Part shown: positions 55,537 to 64,000 of the stretch, in pieces
How the letters are laid out: the number at the start of each line of letters is the position of its first letter
Numbering within the stretch: position 1 is the stretch's first letter
From: a virus
Taxonomy: Duplodnaviria > Heunggongvirae > Uroviricota > Caudoviricetes
Direction: 5' to 3' (one strand)
Length of the DNA stretch: 64,000 nucleotides
Virus record (IMG/VR): IMGVR_UViG_3300025944_000008
Translations under genes and position numbers: made by a program
Notes under the pieces: generated by a model
Databases searched by the model: none
Told to the model about the DNA's origin: nothing
The model's input: the letters and a program-made list of their open reading frames with translations, nothing else

Positions 55537-56310
55537 ATGGACAATCTCGTCCACATCGCTCTGTGGCGATACAGGAACGGCCACATTGGCGTCGCAGTAG
55601 TCCCACCCGCCGATCAGTTCAACGCATTTCTGAATTCGGTCGTAGGAGTGGCTAGACTCGTCGGGCAGGTCTACCCGGAAGACAACATCTTCTTTTTCCC
55701 TTCCGAGTTGATCTCGGAGACGGCGGCCCTGGTAAGTTCCGTCTTTGGCTCTACCTGCTGCTCTACGTGCATCCAAATGAAGGCGCCGTGCGGACGCTGG
55801 GTTCAGAAGATGACGGAGGAGTTCAGGCAGAAGTACGGCGAGACTACGCTGATCCCACTGGGCTACAACGAACCGCGATCGGAAACACTGACTCAGCTCT
55901 CTCGCTACTCGGTCGCTGTTCGTGACACGCTTGATTCCCGAACGGACCTCACGCCAACTCCTGTGGAGCCCAGACGCCGCAGACTCCCAGACTTAGAAGC
56001 AATCGGTAGACTCAGACTCACCGAACGGCAAGCCAGAGAGGCCGAGACCCTTCCTGTTCGCCCGACTCCCCGAAACCTTCCTCCTGAAACCATCCAGCAA
56101 GCTCCCACGCCAGCAGGCACAATCCGCTGCACCCACTGCGGCCAGGTGATCCCTCCTGGCTTCGACAAGACCAAGGATACGAAGAAGACGGCGGACGAGA
56201 TCTACGCTGAGTGCAAGCACGAGTTCAACCCGACGACGAAGATCTGCTCAAAGTGCAGGATGGAAGAGAGAACTGAAGGCAGCCGTTTCTCTTTCTTGGA
56301 GGTGGACTGA
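55537..56310 (+). CDS. hypothetical protein with C-terminal zinc ribbon
   Basis: ggagaca RBS; CTHCGQ...CSKC. Confidence 0.5.
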   Translation: MDNLVHIALWRYRNGHIGVAVVPPADQFNAFLNSVVGVARLVGQVYPEDNIFFFPSELISETAALVSSVFGSTCCSTCIQMKAPCGRWVQKMTEEFRQKYGETTLIPLGYNEPRSETLTQLSRYSVAVRDTLDSRTDLTPTPVEPRRRRLPDLEAIGRLRLTERQAREAETLPVRPTPRNLPPETIQQAPTPAGTIRCTHCGQVIPPGFDKTKDTKKTADEIYAECKHEFNPTTKICSKCRMEERTEGSRFSFLEVD

Positions 56311-56729
56311 TGATCGTCAAGGGGATCAAGTGCCCGAGCTGCGACGACGTGGTTTGGTCGCGCGGTCAATACGATTTCCGCTACTGCTCTTGCAGAAGGT
56401 CATGGGTCGACGGTGGGCGTGAATACCTCCGCATCGGCGGCATCGCCGCAAAGGAGCCGCAGAAGCACATCATCGACATCAGCCTCGACGACCGTGACGC
56501 TCGCGTCTGGAGAAGTGGCGGCAGATACCTCACGCACCGAGAGATGAGCGATGACCATCTCAAGAACTGCATCGTCCACCTGCACAACAGGATCGAGGAG
56601 TCGGAAAACGAGGAGGAGATGGGATTGAAGCTGGTCGAGGATCGCGCCGAGCTTCGCCGTATCATCGAGGAGATGAAAGAAGAGCTCGCCCATCGCGGCG
56701 TCTTCAACATCGTCGGGGAGGTTCATTGA
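56310..56729 (+). CDS. zinc-finger protein
   Basis: CPSCDD...YCSCRRS; ATG overlaps upstream stop. Confidence 0.5.
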   Translation: MIVKGIKCPSCDDVVWSRGQYDFRYCSCRRSWVDGGREYLRIGGIAAKEPQKHIIDISLDDRDARVWRSGGRYLTHREMSDDHLKNCIVHLHNRIEESENEEEMGLKLVEDRAELRRIIEEMKEELAHRGVFNIVGEVH

Positions 56730-56938
56730 TGAAGCTACTGGCCGCAAAAAAGACGACGGCAGAACTGACTCTCGACGAGCTTCGGCGCGAGCGTCAGTTC
56801 TTGAAAGAATGGACGTTCATCCTGCGCTATGGCTCGATACGTAACCTCACCGAGCACGAGCAGCAATTGCTGGACCGGTTCAAAGAGCTCACTGAGGAGC
56901 TGATAAAGCGGAGGGACAATGGCGCGCAAGTGGGGTGA
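56726..56938 (+). CDS. hypothetical protein
   Basis: 70 aa, ATGA overlap. Confidence 0.4.
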   Translation: MMKLLAAKKTTAELTLDELRRERQFLKEWTFILRYGSIRNLTEHEQQLLDRFKELTEELIKRRDNGAQVG

Positions 56939-57551
56939 CCTGTCGGACGAGGAGCAGAAAGACGCTGTTTCCACTCTTCACGCCGCCCGCAGAGACTGGA
57001 AAGCGATGTACCCGACGCACCTCCAGCTCGAGCTCTTGGAGGTCGCAATCAACCACCTCGACGCCTCTCGTCGTCGCTACAACGGAGGTATGACGGGCTA
57101 CGGTGTCGGCATCGTCGTCGTGCTGTTCAACAAGGCCGGCGAAATTCTCGTCGGAAAGCGTAAGGGCTCGCAGGGCGCCGGCACGTGGGGCCTGCCTGGC
57201 GGCAAGCTCGAGTCGAAGAAGTCAGCTCTCGCCCAAGTCAGGACGGAACTACTCGAAGAGACTGGCATCGACATGCCTGTCGCTCGCTTCCATACCCTCG
57301 AGTGGGTAGACAACATCTGGGACGACAAGGATCGAGGCTTGCAACACTGGGTTACGCTCTTCACTCAGGCGGCTCATGAGGACGCGTTCGGTATACCCAA
57401 GGTCATGGAGCCTGGTAAGTGTGAGGAGTGGCTCTGGGTCAAGGGACAAGACCTCGTCGACCACAAGATTCACCTGTTCCCTCCTCTCGCGCGCTTCGTC
57501 GAGCTCTACCCGCACATCGTCCTCAAACCATACGTCCTCCAGGAGAAGTAA
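56919..57551 (+). CDS. NUDIX hydrolase
   Basis: Nudix box GGKLESKKSALAQVRTELLEETGI (Gx5Ex7REUxEExGU). Confidence 0.65.
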   Translation: MARKWGDLSDEEQKDAVSTLHAARRDWKAMYPTHLQLELLEVAINHLDASRRRYNGGMTGYGVGIVVVLFNKAGEILVGKRKGSQGAGTWGLPGGKLESKKSALAQVRTELLEETGIDMPVARFHTLEWVDNIWDDKDRGLQHWVTLFTQAAHEDAFGIPKVMEPGKCEEWLWVKGQDLVDHKIHLFPPLARFVELYPHIVLKPYVLQEK

Positions 57552-57704
57552 ATGCCCGACGAGCTCAAGCCAATCATCAAGAAGTTCCTTCACTACTCCT
57601 TCAACGACATCGACTACAACTACGACTCACTCACGGAGCATGAGCAGTCGATCGCAACGAAAGAGGAGTTCGAGAAACTCGTCGCATGGGTCAAGGAGGG
57701 GTGA
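57552..57704 (+). CDS. small hypothetical protein
   Basis: 50 aa. Confidence 0.3.
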   Translation: MPDELKPIIKKFLHYSFNDIDYNYDSLTEHEQSIATKEEFEKLVAWVKEG

Positions 57705-57706
57705 TC

Positions 57707-57859
57707 ATGGCCAAGGAGATCGAAGTCGAGTGCAAGAAGTGCAAGGGCGAGGGCTACCTCGGCAAGGGGAAGAAGCAGCCCTGCAACAAGTGCGTCGATC
57801 CGCAAACCAAGAAGCCGACTGGGAAGTTCCGCCAGCAGGTTGCGGACAATCGGCCGTGA
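57707..57859 (+). CDS. small zinc-ribbon protein
   Basis: aaggagggg RBS; CKKCKG...CNKC. Confidence 0.4.
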   Translation: MAKEIEVECKKCKGEGYLGKGKKQPCNKCVDPQTKKPTGKFRQQVADNRP

Positions 57860-58128
57860 TCTCCAACTGGGCTACGCAGGCTGAAGCGGCGAAGGAAATC
57901 TTCCGAAAGACGGAAGCGGAGATCGAGCTCTTCATCAAGAAGCTCAGGTTCGCCGGCATCGAAGTCCACAGATTACAAGACGAAGTCATCATCGATCTTC
58001 GCGAAAACCAGTTGGACCTGTATGCTGCGATCGTCAGCGACAGCGTGGGGAGTGCATCATGCGAACCTGGTTGCGACGAGTCTGGTGCAAGTTCTGGCAC
58101 CACGGACTCTGGAAGACCGAAGAGGTAG
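57856..58128 (+). CDS. hypothetical protein
   Basis: GTG overlapping upstream stop. Confidence 0.3.
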   Translation: MISNWATQAEAAKEIFRKTEAEIELFIKKLRFAGIEVHRLQDEVIIDLRENQLDLYAAIVSDSVGSASCEPGCDESGASSGTTDSGRPKR

Positions 58129-58214
58129 CTGGCCGCATCTGCAAGCGGCGCTGCCTGGAATGTGAAGAGATCTACTTCGTGACGTTGCCACCAATTCCCG
58201 ACTTTCTGAGGTAA
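58059..58214 (+). CDS. small Cys-rich protein (alternative frame)
   Basis: 51 aa MRTWLRRVWCKFWHH...CKRRCLECEE. Confidence 0.25.
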   Translation: MRTWLRRVWCKFWHHGLWKTEEVAGRICKRRCLECEEIYFVTLPPIPDFLR

Positions 58215-58342
58215 GATCAGTCGGAGAGCACTTCGGTCCTCGGTTCTGCTCGGAGCGTTGTCATTGGAAAGATGCGAACCCCCCCTGCGCATCTCCCCGA
58301 CCAGTGATAGCGCTCCGAGTAGAGCTGGGGACCGCTTCTTAG

Positions 58343-58693
58343 CTACTTGGCTCCGTACCACGTGTGATCGAAGAACTCCAAGTCAGACGTCGCCAGGTGC
58401 CCGTGGACGAGCTTCGGGTTGAGCCCGAGCTTCTGGGCCCACTCCTGAGCGATCTCCTTGAGAGAGGTCTCGAGCGGCTGCGGCTTGGCGTATATCGACG
58501 CCGTGCGCCCGGTTGAGATGGCGGCGAGAAGAGAGCAGATCATCCTCGTCGATCGCCCTGTCTGACGATCTCCCCAGTTGAGGCTGATGCCTTCTGCTGC
58601 GGCGAGCTGCTCGCGCTCATTCACACGCTTTCTGGCGAACCCCTCGAACGGTGTGAGGCTGAGGGCTTTGCGGACGTCTTCGGCCGAGAGCAT
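58343..58693 (-). CDS. hypothetical protein
   Basis: Protein-like from MLSAEDVRKALSL... Confidence 0.3.
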   Translation of the reverse strand: MLSAEDVRKALSLTPFEGFARKRVNEREQLAAAEGISLNWGDRQTGRSTRMICSLLAAISTGRTASIYAKPQPLETSLKEIAQEWAQKLGLNPKLVHGHLATSDLEFFDHTWYGAK

Positions 58694-58770
58694 GAGTTCC
58701 TCCGACACGAAAGTACCACCCTGCTCGCGATATAAGAACTCACGAGCAACCTCTTTTTTCAGGAGAGCGC

Positions 58771-59106
58771 ATGGATGCCGAGAAGGTTCTAGGTGTGCTG
58801 GACGTCTACGACAAGAAGCTCGAGCAATACAGTAGAAATTGTTCGGCAATCAAGCCGGAACGAGCCGACCCGACGAAGAAGTACTTCACCAGCTCGGAGG
58901 AGGGCTGGGCGAAGATGAGTCACGTCTGGTGGGCCATCGGCCAGTGTCGCATCTTCGTGGCCGCAGGCCGCATGGAGAAAGCCTTTCGCTGGCTTGGCTT
59001 CATCCAGGGCGCCTTCTGGTTCAATGGCACATACAGCGTCGAGGAGCTCGCCAACCACAACAAGCCTGCTGGCGAGGAGACGAACCTCGACCCGAGTCGT
59101 CGATGA
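58771..59106 (+). CDS. hypothetical protein
   Basis: aggagag RBS. Confidence 0.5.
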   Translation: MDAEKVLGVLDVYDKKLEQYSRNCSAIKPERADPTKKYFTSSEEGWAKMSHVWWAIGQCRIFVAAGRMEKAFRWLGFIQGAFWFNGTYSVEELANHNKPAGEETNLDPSRR

Positions 59107-59285
59107 CCTGCCGCATCTGCAATCGTGGACCCCAGGAGTGCAAGGGCTACCTGAAGCGGGTCAACGAGAAGGGGCAGGACGGCATCTGGGAGTGCCGTCC
59201 CTCCTGCTCCACAGAGCTCCCAGCCAACGAACGCGTCCTCGCTGCCCTGGAGGATGTGATGGGGACTGACCTCAGGAAGAACTGA
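59103..59285 (+). CDS. small zinc-ribbon protein
   Basis: CRICNRG...CRPSC; ATGA overlap. Confidence 0.4.
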   Translation: MTCRICNRGPQECKGYLKRVNEKGQDGIWECRPSCSTELPANERVLAALEDVMGTDLRKN

Positions 59286-59512
59286 TGTACAAGCCGAGAC
59301 CGGCCGAGCTCGTCCTGGCTTTGGAACTCGGCCTCAAGCACTCACCGTCGTGCCGTCAGTACAACGAAGACTTCAACCTGAACCAAGTAAATGCCTGGTT
59401 CCAACGGAGCTTCTGCTACTGTGACTTCTTTGAGAAACTAGACCGCGCCATTCGCGAGCTGATCAGGGAGGACATGGCAAATGGGGTCACGAGAAACCTC
59501 GAAGAGGAGTAG
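59285..59512 (+). CDS. hypothetical protein
   Basis: 75 aa, TGATG overlap. Confidence 0.4.
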   Translation: MYKPRPAELVLALELGLKHSPSCRQYNEDFNLNQVNAWFQRSFCYCDFFEKLDRAIRELIREDMANGVTRNLEEE

Positions 59513-59750
59513 GCCTAGGATCGAGCCTGAGATTCAGGCGACCGTCACCTGGCAGATACAAAAGACGATCGAGGCTGAGTCGGTCGCAGACTTGCAACAG
59601 AAGACAGACGCGGTCACCCGCAAGTTAGAGCTGGAATTCGAAAGCGTAGATCTCCAAGATGAGGAGGACCTACGCGACGACGATGATGAGGATGACGACG
59701 AGGATGAAGACGACACGCCCGACGGAGAGCTTGACTTCGACGACGATTGA
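59481..59750 (+). CDS. hypothetical protein with poly-acidic tail
   Basis: DEEDLRDDDDEDDDEDEDD. Confidence 0.35.
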   Translation: MGSRETSKRSRPRIEPEIQATVTWQIQKTIEAESVADLQQKTDAVTRKLELEFESVDLQDEEDLRDDDDEDDDEDEDDTPDGELDFDDD

Positions 59751-60009
59751 CCCCCTTCACATCATCGAAGCTGCCTGCGGGCATCAGACGAAAGTCCTTC
59801 GCTTCTTCCACCCATTCTCAAATCTCGACGTTCCTTGCCATAGCTGCTGGCAGACCTCCAGAGAGCTCAAAGAGGCCGCGGAGCAAGAACGCATCAGACT
59901 CCGGGATAAGGAAAACGAACTGAGACGATCCAAAGATTCCACCGAGTCAAGCAAGTACCCGACGGCCGCGGGGAGAGACCAGGTGGAGGAGGACGCCAGT
60001 TCATTCTGA
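59705..60009 (+). CDS. hypothetical protein
   Basis: Protein-like from TIDPLHIIEAACGHQTKV; start uncertain. Confidence 0.3.
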
Positions 60010-60029
60010 TAGGTAAAAAGAAAACGGCC

Positions 60030-60062
60030 CCGATGTGCTGGGGCCTTTTTCTTAGCTACCAT
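60030..60062 (+). terminator. terminator with TTTTTCTTAGCTA motif
   Basis: ggccccgatgtgctggggcc hairpin + tttttcttagctacc. Confidence 0.55.
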
Positions 60063-60068
60063 GTGACT

Positions 60069-60266
60069 ATGCCGCGGATCCGCACCCCTTCAGATCAAAC
60101 GCGCTGCACCGCGATGTGTGCGAACACTGGCTCTCGCTGCCTACGTCCAAGAGCATCCTACGCTGATGACCAGTTGTGTGGCCTTCACTGGCACCACAAG
60201 AGGCGGAAGGAGCAGGGGATACCGCATCCAGGGCGGGCGGCTAGGAAGCCCGAGCAATCCTCCTGA
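60069..60266 (+). CDS. small Cys/His-containing protein
   Basis: MPRIRTP... CTAMC...CGLHWHH. Confidence 0.3.
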   Translation: MPRIRTPSDQTRCTAMCANTGSRCLRPRASYADDQLCGLHWHHKRRKEQGIPHPGRAARKPEQSS

Positions 60267-60858
60267 CCTGGAGATCGAGCCTGGCGGCCCGCACGGCGCT
60301 CTTCGAGACAGACCGGATGATGAGGGCCGCCGTGATGATGCCGCCGGCGATCGCCAGGCAGACTAGCAGGATCGCTAGACGCGCTGCGGCACTGTCGTCC
60401 TCGTCTTTGTCGTCCTTCGAGAACAGCACATCCGCGACATCTTCGAACGCCCCAGGAACGTGCTCGACTGCCTGGCTGATGTTGTAGACGTCGGCGAAGG
60501 TGTTCCACGCCGCGATGCCTCCGCTTGCCAGAGACCGCTCCTTCCACGCCCGCACGAGCGATTGGATGGTGATCGCGGTCCCAGACCCGATCACTGGAAT
60601 GATGAGCGCCAGGTAGCCTAGGTTGCACATCGCCTGCACGTACTTCGGCGGTAGCTTATTCAAGCCATCCGGCCCGGCGATGAAGGCGAGGACGATGAGG
60701 TAGCACCACGAGAACCCCGCACTCGCCATGATGGCTCCCATCCACGTCATGAAGCGCGGGAGTCCTCCGATGTGCTTCGTCTCCGCCCAGGATTTCCCTA
60801 CCGACCACGAGTTGAACCAAGAAATCGCGAAGTTCAGAAACAGCAGAAGGATGATCAT
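60241..60858 (-). CDS. multi-pass membrane protein
   Basis: gagagg RBS; four or more hydrophobic helices. Confidence 0.55.
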   Translation of the reverse strand: MIILLLFLNFAISWFNSWSVGKSWAETKHIGGLPRFMTWMGAIMASAGFSWCYLIVLAFIAGPDGLNKLPPKYVQAMCNLGYLALIIPVIGSGTAITIQSLVRAWKERSLASGGIAAWNTFADVYNISQAVEHVPGAFEDVADVLFSKDDKDEDDSAAARLAILLVCLAIAGGIITAALIIRSVSKSAVRAARLDLQVRRIARAS

Positions 60859-60982
60859 GGTTGGCCTCTCGAACTGAACAGGGGTTGAAAGTAACTTCTT
60901 CCAGCTCTTATCCCTGCCTGGAGAATTTCTTCCGCAGAAGAGATAAGAATCTGTGGGGAAACTACTTTCTTTGACAGGGGGA

Positions 60983-61303
60983 ATGATGCCAGCAAAGAGA
61001 GACGACGGATCGGTCTGCTTGAACTGCACCGGGCACTGGAACGTGGAGCTCCGCGGGGACAAATACCTGTGTGAAATCTGCTTCGAGTCCATGCCCGGTA
61101 CGTACGTAATCGGTGGCTCTCAGGCGCACTCATCAGAAGCACTCGTGATGCGCCAGCAAGCATACTGCACCAATCGGCTGATGATGGAGCTACAGAATGT
61201 CGGTCTCAACTCGCTGTTGAGGAGGGTTCTCGGAGATGGCAAACGAAGACGAGAAGGGGAGAGGAAAGTTGTCGCTGACCGACGACGTCGGCGCGACCAG
61301 TGA
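60983..61303 (+). CDS. zinc-ribbon protein
   Basis: agggggaATGATG; CLNC...CEIC. Confidence 0.4.
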   Translation: MMPAKRDDGSVCLNCTGHWNVELRGDKYLCEICFESMPGTYVIGGSQAHSSEALVMRQQAYCTNRLMMELQNVGLNSLLRRVLGDGKRRREGERKVVADRRRRRDQ

Positions 61304-61541
61304 GATCGAAAGCCTCAAGCAGCAACTGGCTACGGCCACGAACGGGCTGGCAGTATCCCGCAGTCAGTTGGACGATCTCCGCATGGAGAACAAGAAGCTT
61401 CTCGACCGCACACTACAGCTAGAGCTTGGCCTACGAACCTTCGCTGCCGAGTCCAACTGGGCTCGCAGCGGCATCGCGTACACCTGGGTCGCTCCCTCGA
61501 ACCCGATGGAATTCGCCACAGGAGCGCTCAAGGTGCAGTAG
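61236..61541 (+). CDS. coiled-coil hypothetical protein
   Basis: 101 aa. Confidence 0.4.
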   Translation: MANEDEKGRGKLSLTDDVGATSEIESLKQQLATATNGLAVSRSQLDDLRMENKKLLDRTLQLELGLRTFAAESNWARSGIAYTWVAPSNPMEFATGALKVQ

Positions 61542-61575
61542 AGAATCGGGGCAGAGAGCTGCCCCTTTTCTTAGC
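61541..61575 (+). terminator. terminator with TTTTCTTAGCTTA motif
   Basis: ggggcagagagctgcccc hairpin + ttttcttagctta. Confidence 0.55.
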
Positions 61576-61722
61576 TTACTGCTGGGGCTTGATGGCGTAC
61601 TCGAGGAAGGCCATCGCTTCAGGCTTCTTCGCTTCCTCACGCGGCGTCGGGTCCAGTTTCTTCGCCATTGCTTCCTGACGCTTTGCCTCTTCGTAGAGCT
61701 TGTCTTCGGACTGCTTCGGCAT
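61576..61722 (-). CDS. small hypothetical protein
   Basis: 48 aa. Confidence 0.3.
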   Translation of the reverse strand: MPKQSEDKLYEEAKRQEAMAKKLDPTPREEAKKPEAMAFLEYAIKPQQ

Positions 61723-62305
61723 GTCGCACCTCTGCCTCTTGGAGGTGCATCTTCCTTGCCGAGAGACGAGCGATACCGAGATGGCGCAGCGCCTTGTCGA
61801 TGTCCCTGAGCGAGAGCCCGATTCGTGCGCTGGTCCGCACCAGCTTGTGGCGCAGCGAGGCCATATCAGCCGTGTCGTCGAGGATGACGAAGGCCTCGAC
61901 GCCCGGATTCTCATCGAGCCAGCGCTTGATCTCCTTTCCTCGGGGCACCGACTCCGACATCCTCCTCGGCAGGTTGGTTGGTGTCTTGCCGATGACCTCC
62001 CCTATCATGCCGACACGCTTCAGTAGCTCGACCAGGTCGCCGAACTTTGGCCTGCCCTTGGCGTCGTCGTAGAAGTGCCTCCACGACGAGCTGATGACGA
62101 TCTTCGCTCCCGTCGAGCGGATGATGGAGTTCAGGTTGGTGATGCAGATCTCGTCGAAGAGCAGGTGGACGTGGCGGTGGATGATGTCAATCCGTCCCTG
62201 CACCTCCGGGTTCTGCTCCGGGTCCTCGCGCTGCGCCCTGGCGTACTCTTCGTAGTTCTTGTTCGTGTTGAGAACGCCGTCGATGTCCAGAAAGATGACC
62301 TTCAC
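61637..62305 (-). CDS. HAD-superfamily phosphatase-like protein
   Basis: MKVIFLDIDGVLNT (DxDGV motif I); GTG start with gaggtgag RBS. Confidence 0.55.
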   Translation of the reverse strand: MKVIFLDIDGVLNTNKNYEEYARAQREDPEQNPEVQGRIDIIHRHVHLLFDEICITNLNSIIRSTGAKIVISSSWRHFYDDAKGRPKFGDLVELLKRVGMIGEVIGKTPTNLPRRMSESVPRGKEIKRWLDENPGVEAFVILDDTADMASLRHKLVRTSARIGLSLRDIDKALRHLGIARLSARKMHLQEAEVRHAEAVRRQALRRGKASGSNGEETGPDAA

Positions 62306-62424
62306 GACTCACCTCGGCCGAAACAGCCTCGCTAGTCCTGCGATAGGAACGACGACGATGAACTTGATGAAGTCGGATACCCGACCAGAGAACGGGATCC
62401 CTGATTGTAACCACTTTGGTAGCA

Positions 62425-62670
62425 TCAGCGCGCCCCTCTCTTCCCCCTTTTGAAGTTGTGGAACTCGAATTTGTCCCGAACTGGAAGGTCGACCTCGACA
62501 GGGAGAAATGAGAAGCCGGCCTTGGCGTGGTGATACATGCTATCGATCTTCGCCTGTGCCTCTTTCTTAGTTGCGTACACGAAGGCAGGATGTCGGTCGC
62601 CGATTCTTGTCCTCGATGTCCAGGCCTTCAGGAACTCGTTGGTCCCCTCGTAGCGTATTGCCCAGCTCAC
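62425..62670 (-). CDS. hypothetical protein
   Basis: 81 aa, GTG start. Confidence 0.45.
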   Translation of the reverse strand: MSWAIRYEGTNEFLKAWTSRTRIGDRHPAFVYATKKEAQAKIDSMYHHAKAGFSFLPVEVDLPVRDKFEFHNFKRGKRGAR

Positions 62671-63317
62671 TTTGGGTTGCCACTAGATCGGTACGGCCCC
62701 TCGTCTGCGCTCACCTGCTTGGCGAGCCATCGCCCGTAGAGCTGGTTCTTCCACAACCACAAGATGCATCCACCAACAATGATGCCATTGAGGCCGGAGA
62801 AGAAGATGAGCCACAATGCTCGACGGAAGCGGACATCGATGTTCTCGATCGTCGCCACTTCCGAACCATTGTAGTGAAGCACTCCATCCGAATCGAGCCA
62901 CACGCGATCAATGTGGTCTGTCTTGAGATGTATACCCCCAGGAGGGTTACCAGCACCGCCTCCAATAGTGACATCACCTCCACGGGCACTGCCGAAAGTG
63001 ACTTGACCAATCCTTTTGTCGCCGTCGGCTGCGTACGTCCACGAACCGCCTGCTGAGCCTCCCTGCAGAGTGAGAGCTCCTCCGCTACCGGGTGAGCCCC
63101 AGTTGCTGATGCCCCCACTCGAGACCCAGTTATTGCTGTAGAGCAGACTGTCCGCTGACGTAGCCGCAGTAGTCAGCGTGAGGCTCCTACTCGTGATGCT
63201 CTTTCCTGGCTTTCCCGGCTTACCGTCGGGCGCAATGATGGAGTGTCGCACTGTCCCAGTGACGGTGATCGTGTTTGCCGGAGCTAAGAAGAGCGCGGCT
63301 GCGAGGATTGCGAACAT
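62667..63317 (-). CDS. secreted Gly-rich beta protein with C-terminal TM anchor
   Basis: Signal MFAILAAALFLAPA; GGxGG repeats; C-term LWLIFFSGLNGIIVGGCILWLW. Confidence 0.5.
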   Translation of the reverse strand: MFAILAAALFLAPANTITVTGTVRHSIIAPDGKPGKPGKSITSRSLTLTTAATSADSLLYSNNWVSSGGISNWGSPGSGGALTLQGGSAGGSWTYAADGDKRIGQVTFGSARGGDVTIGGGAGNPPGGIHLKTDHIDRVWLDSDGVLHYNGSEVATIENIDVRFRRALWLIFFSGLNGIIVGGCILWLWKNQLYGRWLAKQVSADEGPYRSSGNPK

Positions 63318-63325
63318 GGTCCCTC

Positions 63326-63664
63326 CTACTTGTCTCGAATCGAGATTTTCATCCCGAACAGTCTCGCCAACGATCGTAGCACTTCTTTTCTTCCTTCGGG
63401 CGTCCCAGGATCGAGTTGCCACGATCCGATGTATCCCAAATCTTCTCCGCAGTTTCCGCCAACGAGAACAGCCTCGAGACTATCGGCATGGTGCGTCTCG
63501 ATCACCCTCGCCGCGTTCATGTGACTGCCGGCTGAGACGTCCACGCCGTCTTTCGTCACCGAACGGTGGCTGATCGCATCCGCCAACTTCTTGCCGAACT
63601 CCTTGTCTTCCTTGATGTCGTGGAGCGCGTCGTTCAGAACCACTACCGTCGTATTGAACCCCAT
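63326..63664 (-). CDS. hypothetical protein
   Basis: aggagga RBS. Confidence 0.5.
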   Translation of the reverse strand: MGFNTTVVVLNDALHDIKEDKEFGKKLADAISHRSVTKDGVDVSAGSHMNAARVIETHHADSLEAVLVGGNCGEDLGYIGSWQLDPGTPEGRKEVLRSLARLFGMKISIRDK

Positions 63665-63665
63665 C

Positions 63666-63968
63666 TCATCCTCCTGTTGCTGCCATGAGTCGGTGGAGCA
63701 TCTCTCTTGCCTTCTCGATCGACCCCGGCTCGTTCCAGATCCTATTTCTACCGCTCGGGTGCGGCAATATCGTCAACAAGACTTCTCTTGCTGGGCCAGT
63801 CGGGAAGATCACCGACTCGAACGGCTTGAACTCCTGATTGAAGGCTTTGCAGACCTTTGACCCGAAGAGCACGAAGTGGTCGTGCTGTCCGATTCCTCTG
63901 GTGACGAGCAGATCGAAGGCCTTGCCCCTCGCCTCCTTCAAAGACCACTTCTCCGAGCAAAGGTTCAC
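63666..63968 (-). CDS. hypothetical protein (start may lie beyond window)
   Basis: 100-aa ORF at window edge. Confidence 0.35.
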   Translation of the reverse strand: MNLCSEKWSLKEARGKAFDLLVTRGIGQHDHFVLFGSKVCKAFNQEFKPFESVIFPTGPAREVLLTILPHPSGRNRIWNEPGSIEKAREMLHRLMAATGG

Positions 63969-64000
63969 CCTGTCGAACGTTTTGATGTACTCCTTCGTCG

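Noticed and set aside
55441-55776. 111-aa minus-strand ORF
   Set aside because: Overlaps the better-supported plus-strand gene 55537-56310 that has an RBS and zinc-ribbon motifs; would be transcribed against all neighbours

Overview
This high-GC (~58-60%) window looks like a tailed-phage or prophage genome segment. All calls come from reading the sequence and the ORF track by eye. No database search or structure-prediction tool was run, and coordinates are approximate to a few nt.

Layout:
- 1-6904, minus strand: tail genes, including a 1124-aa tape measure and distal tail proteins.
- 6998-19553: a block of small, tightly overlapping (ATGA/GTGA-coupled) genes, mostly on the minus strand. It includes a GroES-like co-chaperonin, a SWIM zinc finger, RHH proteins and zinc ribbons. 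A polynucleotide ligase (8463-9932) is on the plus strand.
- 19640-20000, plus strand: a tmRNA (ssrA).
- 20047-43840, plus-strand operon, in order:
  - a CheY-like receiver domain;
  - a lysis cassette (TM/coiled-coil protein, lipoproteins, papain-like C1 peptidase, M15 endolysin with a PG-binding domain);
  - a DnaJ-domain/kinase-like fusion;
  - a vWA protein;
  - a PurA-family adenylosuccinate-synthetase-like enzyme;
  - a LigD-type 3'-phosphoesterase/ligase-like protein (minus strand);
  - a 2H phosphoesterase;
  - a 931-aa major vault protein (MVP) homolog;
  - a SpoU methyltransferase;
  - a metallophosphoesterase;
  - ThyX;
  - an Hsp90-family ATPase;
  - a PARP with a WGR domain and an H-Y-E catalytic triad;
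  - a macro/SLOG-like protein.
- 44118-53533, minus strand: an array of about 48 tRNAs covering almost all amino acids, many with an encoded CCA. It is interrupted by two HNH endonucleases, a PTH2-like peptidyl-tRNA hydrolase and a few small genes.
- 53534-54777: an ORF-free, structured region of about 1.25 kb.
- 54778-64000: two Lys/Ala-rich histone-like genes behind operator-like repeats, then many small zinc-ribbon proteins, a NUDIX hydrolase, a HAD phosphatase and membrane proteins.

Most notable: the MVP + PARP(WGR) + vWA combination resembles the eukaryotic vault core (MVP, VPARP) in a phage context. It sits alongside a translation-autonomy package (tRNA set, tmRNA, PTH2) and an RNA-repair enzyme suite.
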